A DNA stretch of 64,000 bases from a virus. The stretch is taken from the IMG/VR virus record IMGVR_UViG_3300045988_010351. One strand, 5' to 3'. Positions within the stretch are counted from its first letter, which is position 1. Each line of letters opens with the position of its first letter. The position numbers and the translations under genes are program-made. The notes beneath the pieces are model-generated. The model had not been told where the DNA came from. It saw only the letters and a program-made list of their open reading frames with translations, and did no database searches. This document shows, piece after piece, positions 57,825 through 64,000 of this stretch.

Positions 57825-58724
57825 ATGCAAAAGGACTTGGTTTTCTTTAAGAAGGAAGGTGAAGAAGGAGTAGCCTTGACTTCTACAAGTGCTAACCACA
57901 TTGCTAACTTGGCTAAGGAGTATATTCAAGGTGTGGAGACACAACTGAATAATATATGCTTCTTTAATACTGAGGTAGCATTGGTAGGTAGTGTTGGTGG
58001 TGCAAGCACCATTCAGACAGGAGAAACATCTGAAGTTTTGAATTACTTGCAACCATTTCTTGAAGCAGTAGCACATGCTAAATCTCTTATAGCTTGGTTG
58101 AGAGAGGGTATCAAAGCTAAGGAGAACCTGATGAAGGACTTGCAGAATATTGGTCTTGAAGATTGGTGTAAGGAGAATGGGCTGACATATCCTGAAGCTC
58201 CTAACCGTGGTCATGTATTGACTGAGGTAGAGTATTATGCTTCTCTTCCTATCAAGGAGAGAAACAGATACTATCAGTTAGAGACTGAGGCTGCTGTATT
58301 AGGCAAGTATATTCATCCTGATGGACACTTGTCTGATGCAAGAAAGGAGTTGAAAGATAAGCTCCAACACCCACATAAGGTAGATGGTAAAGGTAGGGAT
58401 GCTCTCATCTATACCTATACTCCTACTGTAGATGTAGCAGGGGTAGATAATGTATTCTTTGAACTTCAAAAGAAGCACAGAGAGATACAGGCTCAGCTGA
58501 ATGCTATGAAATATAGCTGTGAGCAAGCTATCAATGAGTCTACCAGTAAGGTGAACTCAGAGTATATGGTTGCTTCACAGAAGTACCAAGCTGAACTCAA
58601 AGATATATTAGGAGCCTTCAAGACATGGAATGATGAGAAGTCTCAAGAGTACAGCAAGTTGAAGATTGTAGTACCTAACTCACTATTGGGTACTTATAAT
58701 ACTATCAACTCTCTGGGCAAGTAA
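57825..58724 (+). CDS. hypothetical protein (299 aa)
   Basis: ORF. Confidence 0.6.
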   Translation: MQKDLVFFKKEGEEGVALTSTSANHIANLAKEYIQGVETQLNNICFFNTEVALVGSVGGASTIQTGETSEVLNYLQPFLEAVAHAKSLIAWLREGIKAKENLMKDLQNIGLEDWCKENGLTYPEAPNRGHVLTEVEYYASLPIKERNRYYQLETEAAVLGKYIHPDGHLSDARKELKDKLQHPHKVDGKGRDALIYTYTPTVDVAGVDNVFFELQKKHREIQAQLNAMKYSCEQAINESTSKVNSEYMVASQKYQAELKDILGAFKTWNDEKSQEYSKLKIVVPNSLLGTYNTINSLGK

Positions 58725-58977
58725 ATAAGGACTTGGGATATTAATCCCTAACCTTATTGAATACATATAGTAAGTATCTGTTAAAATATACATAATGGCT
58801 AATAAAATGTAATATAATATCTAATGCTTAACCGTTAGATAGTCTGTTATTCCAAAATAACCAACCCTATGAAGTCTGACTGATGGAGGGATGTTCTTGT
58901 TCTTGGTGGTTTAACAGGTTCTTGCTATTGATATTGGCTTTGTGTTAGTAGGTATTTACTATATGTAACTTGTCTTT

Positions 58978-59047
58978 GTATCTTGGTGTAATTGGTAGCA
59001 CACTGACTGTTAGGTTGGAGGTTAGGTTCGAGTCCTAAGATACACCA
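58978..59047 (+). tRNA. tRNA-like element with an encoded CCA and a truncated, unfoldable anticodon arm (possible pseudogene)
   Basis: Acceptor GTATCTT/AAGATAC, D-arm GTGT-AATTGGTAGC-ACAC, perfect T-arm TTAGG-TTCGAGT-CCTAA, then ACCA. Only 67 nt long before the CCA. Confidence 0.35.
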
Positions 59048-59079
59048 ATTTATTGTTTCACTTCTAAAATAAAAAAAAA

Positions 59080-59445
59080 ATGGAAAAGAACAAAGAAAAG
59101 GGTCTGGAAAGAAATCTGGAACAGAAGCATTTTGGATATGCTGCAATAGCCATTAAAGGTGGCAAGGAGAGTGGTAGTTTAACCAATGCTGAACTTGTTG
59201 AAAATTTGGTAGAAAGCTACAAAGGCAAGACAGTACAGGCACCTATTGAGGTGATTGTAGCAAGTGCACTATTCCTCAATGCAAGAGAGTTGATGGGTAC
59301 CATTGAAGCCTTGAATCATACTCTTCGCATTAAAATGGCGGAGGAATTAAAGGAAAAGGCAGATAAGGGAGAAGCCACAGCAAAAGATACAATGGCTGCT
59401 CTTATGCTTGCTGCAATTATGAAGGAAAAATCTAAAGAAGATTAA
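59080..59445 (+). CDS. hypothetical protein (121 aa)
   Basis: ORF. Confidence 0.5.
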   Translation: MEKNKEKGLERNLEQKHFGYAAIAIKGGKESGSLTNAELVENLVESYKGKTVQAPIEVIVASALFLNARELMGTIEALNHTLRIKMAEELKEKADKGEATAKDTMAALMLAAIMKEKSKED

Positions 59446-59450
59446 TAAAC

Positions 59451-59885
59451 ATGAGTGAAATCAAGTTAAGTCTGAGTATTGAGCTTCAAGGAGGCACAAT
59501 GTTCAGCAAGGAGGAGTGCCTTAAAACAACTCACAAAGTGATTGAGAAGAAGACCAAAGCTGGTAAAATCTACAAGAAAACCATTAAGGTAAAAGTAGAG
59601 GATTGGGACAAGATGGAGAAGCACTCTATGAGAGTGACTGATGAAGGTGGCATCAATCCAGAGATTATCACTTTCCATACAAGAAAGTGCAAGCCAGCTA
59701 CACAGTCCTTGAACATGGGCAAGGAGGCTTATGAATATATGATTGACAAGGATTCTTGTCCTTCATGGCTTAAGCCCAGCAAGTGGGCTGCAATGAGTAA
59801 AAAGGAGAGACTTGAAGCTCATTTGCAGAGAACAGTAGAATACCTTGGAGGTACTTCATACACTTATCAGGTGTTTGAGGACTAA
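59451..59885 (+). CDS. hypothetical protein (144 aa)
   Basis: ORF. Confidence 0.5.
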   Translation: MSEIKLSLSIELQGGTMFSKEECLKTTHKVIEKKTKAGKIYKKTIKVKVEDWDKMEKHSMRVTDEGGINPEIITFHTRKCKPATQSLNMGKEAYEYMIDKDSCPSWLKPSKWAAMSKKERLEAHLQRTVEYLGGTSYTYQVFED

Positions 59886-59983
59886 GTGGGAATGTTCTCA
59901 TAGTAAGGGCAGGGGTACTAATAATATCCTTGCCCTTCTTTTTTTTACAACCTACTAACTAAGTGGGATAAAACTAAGAGATT

Positions 59984-60571
59984 ATGGGATATGTTCCTAA
60001 ATTTATACATCTTGACCATTTCATTGTTGTAAATTACCCATTTGGTGTCTATTGGAAGCATAGTTATATACAACAGAGTGCAGAAGCAATCTTCAATACA
60101 TATAAAGAAGACATTGAGGAAGGTACAAGCATTACTTTTGTAGCAAGAGGCACATCAGGAGCCATGATTGCAGGTGCTATGCTTAATGAGTTACACAACA
60201 TTGACCCAACTACTAAGACCTATATCCTAATTGTCAGGAAGGAAGAAGATAAAAGTGCTCATTGTTCTTCATTAAAAGGAATTGGTAATATTGGTACCAC
60301 AAAGTTTATAGTTGTGGATGACTTTATATCATCAGGTGAAACCATTAAAGCAATTATACAGAAACTGGATATGCACTTTGCTAAGGTAATGTATAGTCCT
60401 ATTAATAAGTATGATATGCTTTGTGTAAGTAACTTCATTGATGCAAAAGCATTAAAGAAGAACTCATGTGATGATTACAGGAAATGGAAAGGAATTTGTT
60501 CAAGATTTGAGTATGTAGTATGTTGTCCTAAACCAGAAAAGGATGAACAAAAAGAAGTAATTTATGACTAG
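59984..60571 (+). CDS. type I phosphoribosyltransferase-fold protein (195 aa)
   Basis: PRPP-binding motif 'KFIVVDDFISSGETIKAI' and an upstream PPi-loop-like 'FVARGTSGAMIAGAM'. Confidence 0.65.
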   Translation: MGYVPKFIHLDHFIVVNYPFGVYWKHSYIQQSAEAIFNTYKEDIEEGTSITFVARGTSGAMIAGAMLNELHNIDPTTKTYILIVRKEEDKSAHCSSLKGIGNIGTTKFIVVDDFISSGETIKAIIQKLDMHFAKVMYSPINKYDMLCVSNFIDAKALKKNSCDDYRKWKGICSRFEYVVCCPKPEKDEQKEVIYD

Positions 60572-60755
60572 GATATGGATTATAGTTTTACTTATAATAT
60601 ACGCGATGGTCCTATTTAATCATTATGAGCCATCAATAGATATAATAGTACAAGGTAAAAGGTATAGGGTATTACTGTGGTATAACAGCTACAAGTCAAA
60701 CTATCCTAATAAACCTATAGTAGTAAGAAATTACATACAACTATTTGTAATATGA
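60564..60755 (+). CDS. small membrane protein (63 aa)
   Basis: ORF with an N-terminal hydrophobic helix and an 8-nt overlap. Confidence 0.35.
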   Translation: MTRIWIIVLLIIYAMVLFNHYEPSIDIIVQGKRYRVLLWYNSYKSNYPNKPIVVRNYIQLFVI

Positions 60756-60952
60756 GTAAAGGAAAGAAGTACAAAATACCTCATAAGTATCTTAGCAAAT
60801 ATCCTATGAGGAAAGAAGCTAGATATAAGGTAATGGGAGGTAAAAATGGCGAGAAAGCAAAGTTTAAGTACTTTAGACACAAAAAACTCTGGAAGACCTT
60901 AGAAGGTCATATATCTATGAGGAAGATGGTGGCTAGGTATATTTGGTTTTGA
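60752..60952 (+). CDS. small highly basic protein (66 aa)
   Basis: K/R-rich ORF with a 4-nt overlap. Confidence 0.35.
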   Translation: MSKGKKYKIPHKYLSKYPMRKEARYKVMGGKNGEKAKFKYFRHKKLWKTLEGHISMRKMVARYIWF

Positions 60953-60968
60953 GACTAATACTAATAAT

Positions 60969-61160
60969 ATGAGAAAATTCATTATCAAGATAGTATGTTC
61001 AGTGCTGGGTTTATTCATAGCACTAAATGCTGTTACTCAATTACTTACCATGAGTAACACAGCTGCTAACATTGCAGGAATTGTATTGTTAATAGCAGCT
61101 ATATGGATAGGTGTAGAAATAATAATTAAATTAATTAAAACAGAGGAAAATGAAGAGTAA
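60969..61160 (+). CDS. two-TM small membrane protein (63 aa), holin/antiholin-like
   Basis: Two hydrophobic helices. The ORF overlaps the lipoprotein gene. Confidence 0.4.
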   Translation: MRKFIIKIVCSVLGLFIALNAVTQLLTMSNTAANIAGIVLLIAAIWIGVEIIIKLIKTEENEE

Positions 61161-61935
61161 ATTAATTATGTGCCTTATGGCAGTATTTACCATGTTAGGC
61201 ATGTCCTCATGTGGTTATGAGAGAGTAGATGCAGGTTGTGAGGGTATTAAGGTAAACCTCTATGGCTCTGACAAGGGTGTAGATGATGTATCTTTGGTCA
61301 CTGGTGCAGTATGGTATAATCCATTTACTGAGCAAGTATATGAGTATCCTACTTATGTCCAGACAATAGATTATCCTGCTTTCACAATTAATGCAAAGGA
61401 TGGCTCAGAGTTTAGTATTGACCCTACTATTTCATTGAAGATTGTTGATGGTAAATCACCTCAGGTATTCAAGAAGTATAGGAAGGAACTTAATGATGTT
61501 ATCAATGGAACTCTCTTTAACTATGTAAAGGATGCTTTCAGGATTCAGCTCAATAAGTATACTACTGATGAGATTGTATCAAACAGAGATATGGTAGAGA
61601 AAGCTATTGAAGCACATTTGTCTAAGGCACTGCTTAAAGAGAATTTTCAGCTAGAACAACTTACTTCAGGATTGAAATATCCTAATTCTATTGTAGAAGC
61701 AGTTAATGCTAAGAATGCTGCTATTCAAAAGGCACAAAAGGCTCAGAATGAGCTTGCTGTAGTTAAGGCAGAGGCAGAGAAGAAGGTAGTTGCAGCACAA
61801 GCTGAAGCAGAGGCTAATAAGCTTAGAACACAGGCTTTGACACCATTGATTCTTAAGCAGCAGTGGATTGAGAAGTGGGATGGTAAGCTTCCTGTATATG
61901 GTAGTTTACCTACATTGTTCAAAGGTATTGAGTAA
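61150..61935 (+). CDS. SPFH/band-7-like lipoprotein (261 aa)
   Basis: Lipobox 'LGMSSC' after a signal peptide. The core is prohibitin-like and the C-terminus is Ala/Glu/Lys-rich ('AIQKAQKAQNELAVVKAEAEKKVVAAQAEAEANKLRTQAL'). Confidence 0.6.
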   Translation: MKSKLIMCLMAVFTMLGMSSCGYERVDAGCEGIKVNLYGSDKGVDDVSLVTGAVWYNPFTEQVYEYPTYVQTIDYPAFTINAKDGSEFSIDPTISLKIVDGKSPQVFKKYRKELNDVINGTLFNYVKDAFRIQLNKYTTDEIVSNRDMVEKAIEAHLSKALLKENFQLEQLTSGLKYPNSIVEAVNAKNAAIQKAQKAQNELAVVKAEAEKKVVAAQAEAEANKLRTQALTPLILKQQWIEKWDGKLPVYGSLPTLFKGIE

Positions 61936-61937
61936 CT

Positions 61938-62243
61938 ATGGCTTGGGTTATAATTGGTTTAATATCCTTCATAATTCAAATATATGTACTAAAACATACT
62001 TATACACTCACAATGATAGGTGATACGTACTTTGACTGGAAAGAAGCTAAAAAGATAGGTATTCCATTATGGATAGTACTTATCATGCTGATTACCAGTA
62101 TTATACCTTTTGCTAACATAGTAGAGTTCATTGCATTTTGGGTTGTATGGCTAAAGTATTACTTAGACCCCGAAGTATGTTGTAGGAATGATTGGTACAC
62201 ATATTGGAGATTCAAGGATAAATTCTTTTCAAGAAAGATATGA
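61938..62243 (+). CDS. membrane protein (101 aa), holin candidate
   Basis: Two or three TM helices. The gene lies immediately upstream of the endolysin with a 4-nt overlap. Confidence 0.45.
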   Translation: MAWVIIGLISFIIQIYVLKHTYTLTMIGDTYFDWKEAKKIGIPLWIVLIMLITSIIPFANIVEFIAFWVVWLKYYLDPEVCCRNDWYTYWRFKDKFFSRKI

Positions 62244-62743
62244 GAAATAAATGGTTGAAATCACTTATTGTAGTAGTTACAGTAGTGTCGTGGAGTGTAG
62301 TAATTGCATTACTCTTGCAAGTCAAGAGTATAGTTTCTCAACAACCAAAGGTTGATACTGTCCCTGTAATAGAGGTGGCTGATACCATTATTAATGAGCA
62401 ACCAAAGTTCTTCTCTCAGGCCCCTAAGGAGGGCCTGGAGGAGGCTTTGTCTTATTATGGTTTAGAGCATAAGGATATTGTCTATGCACAAGCTGTACTT
62501 GAAACAGGACATTTTAAGTCTAAGGCATGCTTGGAATATAATAATCTATTTGGTCTTTATAATAGTAAAGAAAAGAGGTATTGTAAGTTTAAGCATTGGA
62601 CTGAAAGTGTTGTAGCTTATAAGGAGTGGATACAAAAGAAATATCAACCTCCCGATAACTATTATGCTTTTCTTGAGGAAATAAACTATGCGACTGATAA
62701 AGAATATATAAGTATATTAAAAAGTATTGTAAACAAAGAATGA
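62240..62743 (+). CDS. endolysin: GH73-type N-acetylglucosaminidase with an N-terminal signal-anchor (167 aa)
   Basis: 'YAQAVLETGHFKSKACLEYNNLFGL' matches the glucosaminidase (FlgJ/PF01832-type) core. The N-terminal TM helix 'SLIVVVTVVSWSVVIALLL' suggests a SAR-type endolysin. Confidence 0.7.
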   Translation: MRNKWLKSLIVVVTVVSWSVVIALLLQVKSIVSQQPKVDTVPVIEVADTIINEQPKFFSQAPKEGLEEALSYYGLEHKDIVYAQAVLETGHFKSKACLEYNNLFGLYNSKEKRYCKFKHWTESVVAYKEWIQKKYQPPDNYYAFLEEINYATDKEYISILKSIVNKE

Positions 62744-63879
62744 CAAGAGAAGAAGTGAATAACTTGGCTCTATCTAAGATAGATAAGGCTAAGTACTTGA
62801 TACTTGAGTTGATAACTGGAATGGGTAAGACCAAGGTAGCAATAGACCTCATTAATCATATATGTGATAGGGTATTCAGGAATGATGAATGTCCTACTAC
62901 TATACTTATCCTCGTGGCAAAGACTGTACATAAGCAGACTTGGAAGGATGAGATTGAGAAATGGGGAGGTATCAAGTCTGACTATATTACCATTGAATGC
63001 TATGAGTCACTAAAGAATTATGAGAACTCATGCTTTGATGTAGTAGTGGCAGATGAGATGCAGCATTTGTCAGAAGCAAGAATTGATGTATTGGAGACTA
63101 TTCATATCAATGAGTCTTTCATTGGATTGTCTGCCACTATTAAGAGAGACATGAGGGATTATTTCATCTACAACCATAAGGCTGAGGTCATTAAGTGTGG
63201 TCTCAAGGAAGCTGTAGAGGATGAAGTATTGCCTGAGCCTATAGTGTATCTGTTACCTTTAACCTTGGATAATTCTATATGTAAATACAGAACCAAAAGA
63301 TTTGGTAAGGAGGTTACTACTACTCAGAAAGGTTATTATGATAGTGTCTCTTCACTTATAGAGTGGTACAAGAATAAGTACTTTAACTCAAGAAATGAGA
63401 GAATAAAGAACTTATGGCTTTCAACAGCAGGCAAAAGGTTGAAGTGGTGTGCTGAACAGAAAGAGGCTCTTGTGCTATCTCTCCTTGACAAGTTCAAGAA
63501 TTACAAGACTTTGACTTTCTGTAGTAGTATTGGACAGTCAGAGAGGTTGGGTAAATACAATATCACCTCAAAGAATAAGGCTTCAGTAAAGAACCTTGAA
63601 ATGTTTAATCTTAACAAGATTAAGCATATCACTGCCTGTAACATACTCAATGAAGGTGTGAACTTGACTAATTGTAGGATAGGTATATTCTGCAACTTGA
63701 ATAGTTCGGAGATTGTAGTAAAACAAAGAGTTGGTAGAATACTTAGACATAAGTCTCCTATTATCATCATACCTTATTTCAAGGATACAAGGGAAGAAGA
63801 ACTTGTGCAGAAGATGATAGAGGAGTACTCTGAGGATTCTATCATTAGTGTTGATAGTATTAATGACATTAAGCTATGA
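62740..63879 (+). CDS. superfamily 2 helicase (379 aa)
   Basis: Walker A 'TGMGKTKVA', DExH-like 'VVVADEMQHL', motif VI 'QRVGRILR'. Confidence 0.75.
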   Translation: MTREEVNNLALSKIDKAKYLILELITGMGKTKVAIDLINHICDRVFRNDECPTTILILVAKTVHKQTWKDEIEKWGGIKSDYITIECYESLKNYENSCFDVVVADEMQHLSEARIDVLETIHINESFIGLSATIKRDMRDYFIYNHKAEVIKCGLKEAVEDEVLPEPIVYLLPLTLDNSICKYRTKRFGKEVTTTQKGYYDSVSSLIEWYKNKYFNSRNERIKNLWLSTAGKRLKWCAEQKEALVLSLLDKFKNYKTLTFCSSIGQSERLGKYNITSKNKASVKNLEMFNLNKIKHITACNILNEGVNLTNCRIGIFCNLNSSEIVVKQRVGRILRHKSPIIIIPYFKDTREEELVQKMIEEYSEDSIISVDSINDIKL

Positions 63880-64000
63880 CAATATGTTTAAGTAAGGAAG
63901 GATGCCAGAAGAACAATATTAGTCTTGCTGAGGCCCTTTTAATGCTTGCCATCCATAATAATGCTGACCTTGATGCAGCTCAAAAGGGGCTAATCAAGAA

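Noticed and set aside
58925-59146. A 73-aa minus-strand ORF, and the antisense ORF at 59466-59678.
   Set aside because: They overlap the tRNA-like element or lie antisense within better plus-strand ORFs.
1-64000. Stop-codon reassignment (TAG or TGA recoding, known in some crAss-like lineages), suggested by the suppressor-like odd tRNAs.
   Set aside because: Standard-code translation yields uninterrupted ORFs of up to 2634 aa across the late region, and no tRNA with a CTA, TTA or TCA anticodon could be folded.
1-64000. Lysogeny module (integrase, repressor, attP). The AlpA/Xis-like HTH at 33168-33500 raised the question.
   Set aside because: No tyrosine or serine recombinase-sized ORF or motif is present in the window. 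The HTH protein alone is insufficient, and the genome layout is that of a virulent crAss-like phage.

Overview
The window (~33-35% GC, AT-rich) reads as a stretch of a large tailed-phage genome with crAss-like (Crassvirales-type) organisation. The host is most likely a Bacteroidota bacterium. No integrase, rRNA or CRISPR array is visible, and the standard genetic code is in use (several ORFs of 1500-2634 aa are uninterrupted).

Coordinates ~850-47560 are one long minus-strand late/structural block:
- a large terminase subunit (766 aa, Walker A 'LASRGKGKSYS') followed by an ~800-aa portal candidate;
- a glycosyltransferase family 2 gene, and a small lipoprotein/membrane/coiled-coil gene set;
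- an acidic scaffold-like protein, then a 503-aa major-capsid candidate followed by a terminator;
- tandem paralogous structural genes and a virion-associated GH24 lysozyme-domain protein (852 aa);
- four very large virion proteins (1565, 764, 606 and 2634 aa) closing the block.

Coordinates 47573-51666 hold a compact minus-strand array of about 22 tRNA genes. Several have non-canonical structures. Three protein genes are embedded in the array; one is an extremely AT-rich GT10-like fucosyltransferase candidate.

A 500-bp strand-switch region (52290-52800) has GC-rich, structured segments and poly-T tracts. Plus-strand early-type small ORFs follow it. Between them sit three plus-strand tRNA or tRNA-like genes. 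Further right are a phosphoribosyltransferase-fold protein and a lysis cassette (two small membrane proteins, an SPFH-domain lipoprotein, a membrane-anchored GH73 glucosaminidase endolysin), ending with an SF2 helicase.

Rho-independent terminators are placed after the most abundant structural genes and at the ends of operons. No single textbook defense system is present. The most unusual content is the tRNA array with embedded accessory genes (GT10 fucosyltransferase, an HExxH protein), several phage-atypical enzymes (a PI-PLC-like phosphodiesterase, a PRTase, a DUF4406-like protein, an L,D-transpeptidase-like protein, a GT2), and the structured strand-switch region.
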